Of a stretch of 64,000 bases of DNA, positions 37,701-47,835 are shown in pieces. This DNA comes from Lama guanicoe (Eukaryota). How positions within the stretch are numbered: the stretch's first letter is position 1; each line of letters starts with the position of its first letter. The notes beneath the pieces were generated by a model that had not been told where the DNA came from, did no database searches, and was given only the letters and a program-made list of their open reading frames with translations. The position numbers were made by a program, and so were the translations under genes. The stretch lies in NCBI GenBank assembly GCA_013239625.1, contig MU054212.1, positions 5,802,270 to 5,866,269 on the forward strand. The letters run 5' to 3'.

Positions 37701-39697
37701 TTTTTTTAGAAGTTTGTACAAATATGTATGCTGGAGGGACAGTGGTAGAAGGAGCTTCGGGAATGGAACTGACCACCATGCTTGGAGCAGCTGCAGGATC
37801 TGGAGCCGCTGCGGGACTTGGAGCAGCCGGGGGACTGGGCGTGTATTCTGCCGGACTGTCCGGAACAATGCAAACAAGTCACTCCACCGGAGGAACCAAC
37901 AAGGACTACGGCGAAGGGGCCGTCAACATGAACTTCCTGGACTCCTACTTCTCCCAGGTAATTTGGTGGAAAACTTTGTGGCTTTGTTATCTTGTTTACC
38001 TTAGAGATCTTTCTACTTGACTCCAGTTTTACAGTGCGTGTTTTTTATAGCTTGGTAAAATGCAAGCAAAAAAAATAAGCTCCTTGTTAAAATAATACAG
38101 ATAACCTAAAGTGGCTGCCAAAATTGGGCTACTGGTCAAAAGAACGTGTTGGTAGACATACAACGAGAGAACGTGGAGAACGTGTCCCTCCAACTGGAGT
38201 GACAACGGAAAGCAAAACGTTCTGCATTTCAGATCAGCAGCATCCTCTTGAGGAATGCAAAGCAACTTATTCTGTACTTCCTATACCATGAAGTATGTCA
38301 GAACACATCTGCAACATACTTTTCTGGTAGAAGGTTATAGCAGTCTTCATGTGTTTAAGGAGTCCACATCCGAAAAAGTTGAAGAGCCATTGAATTCATG
38401 ACCCCAAAACAAAAGGGGAAGCAAGGGGTGTGATCTGAGATCAGGAGAAGTGTCAGGAAGCACAGAATTGAGAAGAGACAAGGGTGTGAGTGCTGACTTG
38501 GTGTCCGAGCACATGAAGGCTTGACACTGTCTGAGGAGAGACCAGAGAAAGGGCCTGTTTGGAATGAGGATTCTTCCGATACTCCAAGGTACGATGAGGG
38601 CCCTACTTACAGTGCAGGCTCTCACAAGGGTCTTACAGAGTCTTAGCAAAGGCCCCCGCATGGGTGAGCGCTGTCTCAGATGGCGCACGGTGGGATGGCT
38701 GCACTCACACTCCACCCAAAGCGGTGCATCAACGTAAGCACACACAGGGACCCTCCCACTTGGCCCAGAGAATAGCCTCCAGGCTTCATCCACATTTGCT
38801 CCATATGCCTAGGTCCATGTAAATTCAAGCCTTGAAAATCCACAGTTAAAACACGAGCGCCAGCCAGATTCAATGTTGAAGGAATGTCAATTACATTATT
38901 CTCCAAACACAGATAACTTCTGTCACACGACTGCTGATATGAAGAGTTTGCCTTACTTCTGTGGATCACCTAAATCACCCACTCATGATCAAACCTTGAG
39001 TTCGACAAATGCTATTGCATTCTTCCACTGAGTATCTTCTAAGAGTCATTTTTTTCCCACTTTTCTCCACCTTCAGAAAGCATTTGCCTGCGCGGAGGAC
39101 GACGATGGCCAGGAAGCAAATGACTGCTTGCTGATCTATGATAACGAAGGAGCCGGGGCCCCCGGTTCTCCTATCGGCTCCCTGGGTTGTTGCAGTTTTA
39201 TTGCTGATGAGCTGGATGACAGCTTCTTGGACTCGCTCGGCCCCAAATTTAAAAAGCTTGCAGAGATAAGCCTCGGGGTGGATGACGAAGCCAAAATATC
39301 TCACCCAGCCACCAAAGACAGCAGTGCTGGGATTGGATCCTGTGGCCAATCTGCAGAGGTCCAGCAGTCAGAATCTGTTAGGTACCAGGCTGTGTCAGGC
39401 AGCCAGGGAGCTTCCGCTTTGTCCGCCTCGGGTTCCAGCCTCCAACCAGCCATTTCCATCCCTGACCCTCTGCAACAAGGTGGTAGCTATTTGGTGACGG
39501 AAACTTACTCAGCTTCCGGTTCCCTCATGCAACCCTCCACTGCAGTCTTTGATCCACTTCTCACACAAAATGTAATAGTGACGGAAAGAGTGATTTGTCC
39601 CATTTCCAGTGTTCCTGGCAACCTGCACGGTCCAACAGAGCTACAGGCGTCCTGTAATAAGATCTGTACAGAAGATCCCTGCTCCCGTCTGATATGA
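15134..39697 (+). CDS. DSG3: Desmoglein-3, full spliced CDS (16 coding exons, 2973 nt, 990 aa)
   Basis: Exons listed below join in frame with GT-AG introns. Protein has a signal peptide, a prodomain ending [28 protein letters not shown], four cadherin repeats (DRE, DxNDN, LDYE motifs), a TM segment ([21 protein letters not shown]), an ICS domain ([15 protein letters not shown]), RUD motifs (NVIVTERV) and C-terminus [10 protein letters not shown]. Confidence 0.98.
16714..16741. repeat. (CA)n microsatellite, DSG3 intron 1
   Basis: About 14 uninterrupted AC units. Confidence 0.95.
16910..17234. mobile_element. MER33/MER3-like hAT-Charlie MITE
   Basis: ctgtccaatatggtagccactagcgacatgtggcta start; degenerate 8-bp TSD gtctagac/gtctactc. 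Confidence 0.8.
19178..19311. mobile_element. MER91A-like palindromic hAT-Tip100 MITE
   Basis: Inverted repeat cactgtacagttg / caactgtacagtg; inner ttcacat...atgtgaa arm. Confidence 0.7.
19445..19685 (-). mobile_element. MIR SINE
   Basis: Core atccccattttacagatgaggaagctga. Confidence 0.8.
21808..22020 (+). mobile_element. MIR SINE
   Basis: tagtgtagtgg...ctttggagtcaggctg...ggttcaaccctggctc. Confidence 0.7.
23158..23193 (+). CDS. DSG3: DSG3 exon 2 ([12 protein letters not shown])
   Basis: ctacag|GTG ... GAG|gtaaag; 36 nt; end of signal peptide. Confidence 0.95.
23691..23822 (+). CDS. DSG3: DSG3 exon 3 (prodomain, furin-type site RRYKR, mature N-terminus EWVKFAKPC)
   Basis: cactag|ACA ... 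AAA|gtaagt; 132 nt. Confidence 0.97.
23889..24035 (+). mobile_element. tRNA-derived SINE (camelid Vic-1-like), DSG3 intron 3
   Basis: A box tagctcagtgg, B box ggttcaaccc, aataaa/ctaattacctcccc tail. Confidence 0.85.
24288..24972 (-). mobile_element. Probable solo LTR (family unassigned) nested in an old L1 fragment
   Basis: On the - strand it reads TGAGG...TTTAAATA...AATAAA...AAACA; no clear TSD. Confidence 0.4.
25638..25793 (+). CDS. DSG3: DSG3 exon 4 (EC1: ITSDFQ...DREETPSFQ)
   Basis: ttgcag|ATT ... CAG|gtaggt; 156 nt. Confidence 0.97.
26205..26349 (+). CDS. DSG3: DSG3 exon 5 (ITCHALN...[10 protein letters not shown]...)
   Basis: ttctag|ATC ... GCGA|gtaagt; 145 nt. Confidence 0.97.
26979..27145 (+). 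CDS. DSG3: DSG3 exon 6 (EC2: ATDADEP...SLDRE)
   Basis: tcctag|AC ... GAG|gtaaag; 167 nt. Confidence 0.97.
28001..28129 (+). CDS. DSG3: DSG3 exon 7 (QVSSYRL...[13 protein letters not shown])
   Basis: atacag|CAA ... CAG|gtatgc; 129 nt. Confidence 0.97.
28409..28594 (+). CDS. DSG3: DSG3 exon 8 (EC3: YSARIEEN...NEGILKVVK)
   Basis: ttcaag|TAT (AAG acceptor) ... AAG|gtaagg; 186 nt. Confidence 0.95.
30160..30290 (-). mobile_element. tRNA-derived SINE (Vic-1-like), DSG3 intron 8
   Basis: Reverse of ggggagggtatagtttagtggtagagcgcatg...ctgggttcaatccccagtacc with (TTTA)n tail. Confidence 0.85.
31192..31463 (+). CDS. DSG3: DSG3 exon 9 (ALDYEQLQ...AATSVR)
   Basis: ccctag|GCC ... AG|gtgagg; 272 nt. Confidence 0.97.
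32072..32211 (+). CDS. DSG3: DSG3 exon 10 (EC4: YALGRND...EVLAID)
   Basis: aaacag|A ... GATG|gtaaga; 140 nt. Confidence 0.96.
33267..33494 (+). CDS. DSG3: DSG3 exon 11 ([22 protein letters not shown]...WGITTLN)
   Basis: ttacag|AA ... AACG|gtgagc; 228 nt; not shown in the correct frame by the ORF track. Confidence 0.96.
35103..35363 (+). CDS. DSG3: DSG3 exon 12 (extracellular anchor and start of TM)
   Basis: cctcag|CT ... CTGT|gtgagt; 261 nt. Confidence 0.96.
35946..36085 (+). CDS. DSG3: DSG3 exon 13 (end of TM, TCDCG, intracellular anchor)
   Basis: tactag|TG ... AAG|gtgagg; 140 nt. Confidence 0.97.
36400..36463 (+). CDS. DSG3: DSG3 exon 14 ([21 protein letters not shown])
   Basis: ttgcag|GAA ... 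TCTG|gtaagt; 64 nt. Confidence 0.96.
37710..37957 (+). CDS. DSG3: DSG3 exon 15 (Gly/Ala-rich segment to NFLDSYFSQ)
   Basis: ttttag|AA ... CAG|gtaatt; 248 nt. Confidence 0.96.
39077..39697 (+). CDS. DSG3: DSG3 exon 16 coding part (ICS, linker, RUD, stop)
   Basis: cttcag|AAAGCA ... ATA TGA; 621 nt. Confidence 0.97.
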   Translation, partial: KAFACAEDDDGQEANDCLLIYDNEGAGAPGSPIGSLGCCSFIADELDDSFLDSLGPKFKKLAEISLGVDDEAKISHPATKDSSAGIGSCGQSAEVQQSESVRYQAVSGSQGASALSASGSSLQPAISIPDPLQQGGSYLVTETYSASGSLMQPSTAVFDPLLTQNVIVTERVICPISSVPGNLHGPTELQASCNKICTEDPCSRLI

Positions 39698-41739
39698 CCA
39701 AAATGAACTGGAATAACATACTGGCCAAATTTGGGTATTCGAACCAAATTATTCAAAACGGCACAGCAAATCTCACAGTATTGGCCTAATTTGGAACTTA
39801 CTTGCTAATGTAATCTCATGATCACAGTCTAAATTTTCCAGTTCGTGCTGTCACTCGAACTGGAAGTGTTGTCACTCTCACCTCTCAGATACTATTCAAG
39901 TCATAGTCAATCACAGTGTTTTTCAAGAAGTCTTAAGATCTCATTCAGTGGGAAAATTCCCTAACAATTTTTAAATTTCCAATGCAATGTGTTTTAGTGG
40001 ATTAAGTGCTTGGAGGCAAGAGCCCCGGTTCTTGCCTCTCTCATCTTTTCTTACATCATTAGGAATGATAATAAGAGTCATAGGTCTTTGCTAAAGCATT
40101 TTGAGCTGCTTCGAAAAAAGGAAACAGTTGTAGTTGAATTTCTGCCATCTTCCTGGTGCTGGGAGACCCTAGGTACGTCTTCTGCTCATGCTAAGGGTGT
40201 TGGCTTATGCGTTAAACTTGCTGTATCTATATTCCTCATATTCTCACAGAAGACAGTTTTGAAATAGAAATATCATAGAACAGTTAGGAAAGTTTAGTAT
40301 GGTGTAAATATTTCGTGGTTTTTTTTTTTAAATCACCTTGGAAGGATTTATCTAAAAAAATTTTTTTTTACATTAAGGTCTTTCCTGCACACTTCTCAGT
40401 AACAAGTCCTGTGTTAATAGTCTTTGAAAATTACTCATTTTTTTAAACGTCAGTGGGTAGATATAGGTTACATAGGACATACAGTGATGTTTATCATGTT
40501 AGTGATGTCGACAGACTCCGTGGGAACTCAAAACATGGCTTTTCTCATACGCAAAAGAGGCCTCTGAGTAGAATAACATACAGTGACATTTGTGAATATG
40601 TATTATAAGAAGTAACATTTCAGGTCAAAAAGGGACATGGAAAGGGATTATCAGTAACTTCTATTTTAATAAGCCTCACTCCTTTTAAATTAAACAGCTA
40701 CAGCAATTTAATTCTTGAGCATAACAACGTTAGGTTAGTGAAGGCTTAGAATATAGTATTTCATGCATGTTACCGTGACAGCAATGCAGTTCTTCAAATC
40801 ATTTCTGGTCATTCAAGATCTCCAGCCTCTAGCCCACAGAGAGCACCCTATCTCTTACCAACATTTTTGACTTAGCCGAGTCTTTACAAGGTCACTGTCT
40901 GGCTCCATTCTCTCTAATTGTATAAAAAATACTCCTTTCTGGGTTTTGCCATATTCAAAACCTACATTTCTTTTTCCAGACGGAATGCAAAGAAATAAAG
41001 TGTTTGTGTTTTGACCCAGAAGGGTGCAGTCCTGAGGATTTCTGGGGGAAAAGAGCCGCCCTAAATGTCCTTACATCTAGCATTCTTCTCTCTCCCTGGC
41101 GCCGTGACTACCAGGAAGGCATGTGCACAGGCAACCTGTTCTTCTGAGACAAGGCTCTGAGGCATTAAGGCCTGCAGGGTGCCCATCTCGAGGGGAGGGG
41201 AGCTAGACCCTCTGGAGCAGCCTCCTGGGGCCTGAGGACATCACCTTGCTGTCACCACTGGGGTCTCTCCTCAACAGAAGCTTGCTCTGGGGTCTAGAAC
41301 ACACAGAGTGGATTTGTGTCTCTGTTTATGTATGAGAATTAACTTAATAATCAAAATAACCCTTATTCCAAGTTCAGAAGCGTTTTCAGGGCCCTCGAAG
41401 TATTTTAACATTGCCTCTTAAACTCCTACTTTTCAGGAAATGGGAATTCTGCTGCATTGTCTAACTGCAGAGGAAACCCCACCATGGTAGAAATGTCTAA
41501 TAGGGGAAAAATTGAAATTAAATATGTTTTAAAATAAAAAGTAGATCAGTTTTGTCTAGGAGGACCTAAAATTGATTTGCCATGTAAAATTAAATTCAAA
41601 GCAAAAATGTATCTGTATTTTTTCACTAAAAATAAAAATTGTTTTAAGCAGAAAAACTTTTTAAAAACTGCCTTTTTACTGGATGTATTATAAATTTTAA
41701 GCAGTACATATTAAAATTTTAACCATGTAACATTGTTGC

Positions 41740-41745
41740 AATAAA
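41740..41745 (+). terminator. DSG3: Likely DSG3 polyadenylation signal (3' UTR about 2 kb)
   Basis: AATAAA ending an AU-rich block with upstream TGTA motifs; alternative AATAAA at 40994, about 41533 and about 41630. Confidence 0.55.
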
Positions 41746-43221
41746 ACTGTTTGGCAACAAACTTATGAGTACTTCCTTAACCATTTAGCGAAAGCCGAAC
41801 TACTCTCTGCAATTAATAATTATTAAGAAATATGGTGTGAGGAAGCAATTCCGTATGTATTTTTATCAGTATTTCACATTTTTTTTTTTCTATCTGATAC
41901 ATTTTCTGCATCCTCCCAGGCAGGAAGGAAGTACCTGGGGACTCAAGATCTCTTCTTCGGCTGGAAACAGTGCTGGACAAGGTCAGGGCAGACTTTTATT
42001 AACTGGATGATTTAACTCATTTATTATTTGTTTGGTAATCTGGAATGGTCTCGCAGGCAAAATCTGTGACATTCTATGAAGACTCAGAGAGAAAAGTTGG
42101 AGTTACTAGAAGGTAAGGTTTCTAGCCTAACACAATGGTAAAAATGTACTTTGATGACAGCCATCAGCTCTTGCCGTAGGTATATCTCCCAGTAAATGCC
42201 TCTTACTTTTTATGTCTTTCTTTAAAGGGATGTTACAAAATAAGCCCCTTCAGAACTTCAGATCCTGCTTTGGCTGACCTTCTTCCTTCTTAAATGTAGA
42301 CAATTTGACTTGGACCTGGGGTGGGGAGCAGAAACTGGATTAGAGCGAATGCTGAGTCGAAGAAAAGTGGATGGCTGAACTTGGATGTTCCACATCAATC
42401 CCAGGAAAATGAAAGCCATGCAGGTAAATTTCAAAAACATCACCAGTTTCTTCTACTCATAGAAAGTTGAAGGAATAAAAACAGCAAGATCAGCTGATCT
42501 TAACTTTCAAAAATAAAGTAAGAATATAAAGGAATACATTCAACTGACTAACTTCAATGCAACTAGCAATTAAGAAACAAGTAAAAGTTAAGGATTTTTC
42601 CTTCCTGTTACTGGCAATCCAGCATTTTCTCAACTCCTTTACTGAGTCTGCAAAGAGTAATTCTGAATTAGAGATCATATGATTTAACACTTGCTCAACA
42701 CACAGTCTGAGATCATTTTTACGTCAGGGGGATAATTAGTGCGAAAAGAAGATAATCATTTAAATTCCAGGCCCCAGAAACAATATGTTCTCCACAAAGA
42801 ATACTGAGATTCTTCTGCTTTGCCTGATCCAGAGTGCACTGCAGTTCCTCCAGGACAAGACACAGACCACTCCAGGTTGGTGTCTTTGCTTTATTTTTCT
42901 TTTAAATATTGACTTTTTTAAAACAAACGCAAAACAAAAAAAACCTAAACACAATGCAGATATAGTTAAAACTCAAGAGAATGATAGTCTAAAAGGACAA
43001 GTACAAATGGATATAGTTACTAGAGTAAGAAGAAATAAGACACTGGTGAGGTCTACCAGATGGTGAAAAGAGTTATATTCTAACTTATTTCTTATAGTAG
43101 CTCTGAGATTATAGTCAGGAAAACAAAGACACAGAGAAGCAAAGCAACTTCCTCAAAGTTATACAATAAGTGACACAAATGTATAAGTTGATACATTTAT
43201 TACACTTATTGATTATTCTTG

Positions 43222-43347
43222 TTTTTTTAATTTGGGGGAACGAGGTAATTAGGTTTATTTATTCTTTTAGAGCAGGTGCTGGGGATTGAACCCAGGGCCT
43301 TGTGCATGCTAAGCATGCGCTCTACCACTTGAACTATTCCCTCCCCC
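43222..43347 (-). mobile_element. tRNA-derived SINE (Vic-1-like) with perfect TSD
   Basis: TSD cttattgattattcttg at 43205-43221 and 43348-43364. Confidence 0.9.
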
Positions 43348-43869
43348 CTTATTGATTATTCTTGATGATTATTCTTATTACACTCTCAGCATAATCTGTA
43401 TATTTTCAGCTCTGAGACTTGAGTAGAATGTGAAAAATTGGAAAGAGTACAAAGAAAATGAAAACTATAAATCTAGATGTAATTTTAAAGATTAAAGATG
43501 CAGTATAATGTAGGCACATATGTATACATACAGAGAGAGACAGAAAGAGACGGAACAGAGATCCATGTATCTCTCTACTTAAGACTGTGAGATGGTGATA
43601 GAGAGATAGAGAGGTAGAGACAGAGAGAATGCAAATATGTGATGTGTTGCTATTTTGAAGACCATGTGAGTTTATTTTTCAGGGCACAATGAGCAGTTCT
43701 CCTCCACATTTAATAACAGAAACAAGCTACCTACAGGTCATGGAATCTCTTTTCCAGTCAACTCCTGAAGAATCACTTTGATAGCCCGCTATTTAGAAAA
43801 GGTTATGTGACATGTGTCTAGATATGAAAATAACTTTATACCTTTTTAATTTTTTATTTGACACTTACA

Positions 43870-44160
43870 TATATATAGAGAGAGAAAAATGATGTCTTAC
43901 CAGTAAGTCTAGTTAACATCTGTCACCTTACATGCACAAAAAAATTTTTCTCTTGTGATGAGGCCTTTTTAAGATTTACTCCCTTAGCAACTTTCAAATA
44001 TACAACTCTGTATTATTAACTACAGTGACCCTGCTGTACATTACATCCCCAGGAATTATTTATTTTATAGCTAGAAGTTTGTACTTTTTGACACTCTTCA
44101 CCTATCTTTCCCACATTCCAACCCTCACCTCTGGCAATCACCAATATGTTCTCTATAAGT
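43870..44160 (-). mobile_element. L1 3' UTR fragment (L1MA-like)
   Basis: cttagcaactttcaaatatacaa...attattaactacagt...ctctggcaatcacca. Confidence 0.75.
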
Positions 44161-44757
44161 TTGTTTTTTGATTTGTTTTTAAATAATAACTTTAAGTGGG
44201 TCCTTCCACCTCAGTGTTTCCATGATTTGTGGGAAACAACACATTTTAACAACTGTAACAACTGTTTTACTGCTTAAAGTCAACTCTATTTCCACCTTTA
44301 TTCCCAAGAAGTACATGGGACCGATGTATTTTTACTTTTATCCCTGGGGACATCTCTGATGTGTTCTGTGTGCTGAATTTGCCATTATTAAATTAGCAAA
44401 ACAGTTAATCCTGTGTGAAAACAGAACATCATATTATGATGATATAAACAAAGCATTGACATTGAGAGAATAAGTATGTCCACATGTCCTCAGAAAGCAG
44501 AGGAAGTATTTATACTCTTTTATAATCAAGACAAGATTGCCAAGAACTTTCTTAATTATAAAGTAGTACAGAATAAGGTAATCTTGGATTCATTTAAATG
44601 GCATAATGACATGGTTTCTACTCCTCCAAGGAGGCATTGTTACTAAGCCAACAATGAGTATTTAAACACAAAATGTGAGATTAACTTAGTCATGCCTTCC
44701 CATGTCCGACTGACTAATACTGACAATAAGACTTTGATGGTTCTATCTAGGAGGTGA

Positions 44758-44990
44758 AACACACACACACACACACACGTACATACATATTTGCCTCCAG
44801 TAACCATGTAACAGCTTAGACACACACACACACACACACACACGTACACACATATTTGCCTCCAGTAACTGTGTAACAGCTTAAACATACACACACACAT
44901 ACATCCATATTTGCCTCCAGTAACCGTGTAACCACTTAAATACACACACACACACACACACACACATACATATCTGCCTCCAGTAATCAC
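44758..44990. repeat. Compound minisatellite: 4 units of (CA)n + catatttgcctccagtaaccatgtaacagctta
   Basis: Direct reading; units of about 55-65 bp. Confidence 0.95.
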
Positions 44991-45254
44991 GCACCAGCTC
45001 AGTGTAGCTGAAGCAGTGTCTTCCCATCATCAGACGCATGTAGCAGACATTAATGCTTAGTGGTGTTGCTGACACAGTCTCTGTACACAAGGAGTCTGCT
45101 CTTTAGATATATTATTAAAAAGAAAAGAATCACCTAGATTTTCCACCTAAATTTCCTTAGGTAAGACACAATGAAGAGGCCTTGTGTGACCAAACTTTTA
45201 ATTATTCTCATCCAGGGCTGGCACAACTCTTGATTAGTAAAAATATGCGTCATA

Positions 45255-45580
45255 GGAAATAGGGATATTAGTCAAAGGGTACAGTTTCGGTTGTACCAGA
45301 TGAGTAAGTCCTAAAGATCTACTGAACAGCATAGAGCCTGCATGTAACAATACTGTGTTGTAGACTTAAAATTTTGCTAAGAGGGTAAGTCTTAAGTTAA
45401 GTGTTCTTGTCACGCACAAAAAATAACAGTGATAAACAAGAGGGTGGGAGGAGACTTTTGAAGGTGATAAACAGGTTTATGGTACAAACTGTAGTGAAGG
45501 TTTCATAGGCTTATTTATACTCATCTCCAGATTCAGGTTTTATACATTAATTATGCACAACTTTTTGTATGTCAAAAAAA
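45255..45580 (+). mobile_element. L1 3' end fragment (L1MA/L1MB-like)
   Basis: gtcaaagggtacagtttc...tttgctaagagggta...ttatgcacaactttttgtatgtcaa. Confidence 0.75.
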
Positions 45581-46207
45581 ATTTTGTGTAATAAGCCCTT
45601 AGGCTAACACATTTTGACAATTTTTATTTTTCTGCATCTTCCCTCTTCCTCCCAGCTGTTATATAAATTGCTATGGATTTTTTTCTGAGAAGATATTTGA
45701 TGACTATAGCAGTTGAAATCTGAGTTGATTTTCTAACTAGCCACTCTTTCTATACACACTTTCTTAGACCCTGGGACTGTCCTCCATGTGCTGGTCTTTG
45801 AGTATTCTTTTGAATTACAAACCAACAATAAAGGCATAGGTTGTCAAAATGATAGAAGACCTTCTACTCTATGCAACAAAAACTCTCCCAGGGCGTCCAG
45901 GACAGGCCAATGCATGCTATTACCACCTTTGCCAACTCTGGTTGGAGAAGGATGTTTCCACCGAAAACACAAGTCAGGAGATGTCAGTGAATATTCTGAT
46001 AGGAAACAATGAGTTGTCAGGCAAAGCAAACCTGCTAGTTTGCATTAAAATCACAATTTACTACTGGAGGACCTAAGAGAAAAATTTTAAATTTCATTCA
46101 TCTAGTAGTCAATCAAAAACCACTGCATATTATATTTTAGTGACTAGCAAAACATAAACTTGGAATGTTTTTTGTTTTGTTTTGTTTTCCAACTGTATGT
46201 TTTAAGT

Positions 46208-46420
46208 CAATGGTTAAGAATCCAGGCTTTGGAGACAAACTACTTGAGTTCAAACCCCAGCTTCACCACTCACTAGCTGTGTGTCTCCTGCAAGTTACTT
46301 AACCTCTTTGCACCTCTCCGGATTATTGTTATGGAAATAGTAACAGTCCCTATCTCATTAGTTTTCTGTTAAGAAGTTACAAAATGCACTTAGGACATAG
46401 TAAGTGCTAGTGAAGATTTG
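46208..46420 (+). mobile_element. MIR SINE
   Basis: tggttaagaatccaggctttggag...gttcaaaccccagcttcaccactcactagctgtgtg...caagttacttaacctct. Confidence 0.85.
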
Positions 46421-47699
46421 AAGTAAAAATAATAATTATTAGTATTTCAATCTTCAAAATGAACTCAAGTAAAATTAAGAGCGCTGACATACAAGGGACT
46501 GAAACCGTACAAACTCAACACATCTATGTTATCTGATCCAAGGTCTTATTTACAGATGCTCAAACGGGCTGAAAAGTAACTTGTTGCTCAAAGACAGAGT
46601 TAGGAATTAACTAGGCTAATTCTCTTAGCAACTCCAAACTGCCACTGTAATATTTCTTCTTTTACTAATCTTTTACCTTAACCACAGGGCATGTCCTCTC
46701 TGGTCTACTCTGCATTGGAAATTCCTCTAAATACACAAGCAAATGGAGATAAATTCACCCATATCAGATTGTTATCTTGTGGCCAAACTGATGAGAATCA
46801 TCAGATAATTGCAATTTTTCAGTTGAGCTGCCTTAGAAAAGGGCAGAATTGGAGGCTTTCCTAACTATATCATTTCTACTGAGTAGAACAGGGCAGCCCC
46901 GTGGCTTTGGGAGGAAAAAAATAGTTACTTGAAAATTAACTTGAAAGGAATGATGCTACTGACCCAACTTCCAAAAGAATACATGTTAGAGAATGCCGGG
47001 AGAATAGTAATTACCGTACGGAGAAAATCCAGTTTACACTTTACATCCAGTTTCTACAGGATTTATGTTGCCAGGTGAAAAGAAGTTTTATTTACAAAAG
47101 CTAGTGGACTCAACATAAAACAGAAGGAAGTTAAATTTGTCTTTACCTTTGCATGTTTTATTACCTTATTTCCAGCACATGATATGCTGAAAGTTTTCAT
47201 AATCACTGCCTCCTACTTCCTTTACAAATCTGACCATAACTAGTTGATGAGTTTTTTGATTGTTTGATAATTAATTCACAGTAAAGTATAAATCACAAAA
47301 AGTGCTTTGTTACTCCTCCTTAGAGTATATGTCTTTAATACTTGGAATATCTGCTAATTAAGAAAACAAAACGAAGTTCCAATTATCATTAGGTCATAGG
47401 TCAAGAGGTGGGGTGCTTTCTGCACACTTTCCAGTGTTCCTCGGATCACACAAGTGGCATCTGTCCACAAAGGACCACAGAGCACAGCTGTAACTCCCGT
47501 TCCACATTCTGACCAACTGACCTGATGCATCTAGTCTTTAAGAGATAAAAGTAAATGGAATGTTTCATGGAAGTCCCATCATCTTATTTCTAAATGGCTG
47601 AAAACCACAGTCTCCCTGTAAATGTTTTTTAAAATATTTTATTTATTTTTGGTTTTCAATGGCTTGTTCAAACTTCTACAGTGAAAAATCCAAGGAATT

Positions 47700-47835
47700 G
47701 GGGGAGGGTATAGCTCAGTGGTAGAGTACAGTGCTTAGCATACACGAGGTCCTGGGTTCAAACCCCAGTACCTCCTCCAAAAATAAATAAAATAAACAAA
47801 TTACCTCCCTCACTCCCCAAAATAACTAAATACAT
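47700..47835 (+). mobile_element. tRNA-derived SINE (Vic-1-like)
   Basis: gggggagggtatagctcagtggtagag; TSD core aaaaatccaagg at 47684-47695 and 47836-47847. Confidence 0.9.

Noticed and set aside
44758..44990. Repeat-spacer pattern resembling a CRISPR array
   Set aside because: Mammalian DNA; the 'spacers' are CA microsatellites and no cas genes are present.
47700..47775. tRNA-like sequences (also near 23895, 30215 and 43275)
   Set aside because: They are SINE heads with A/B boxes, tails and TSDs, not intact tRNA genes.
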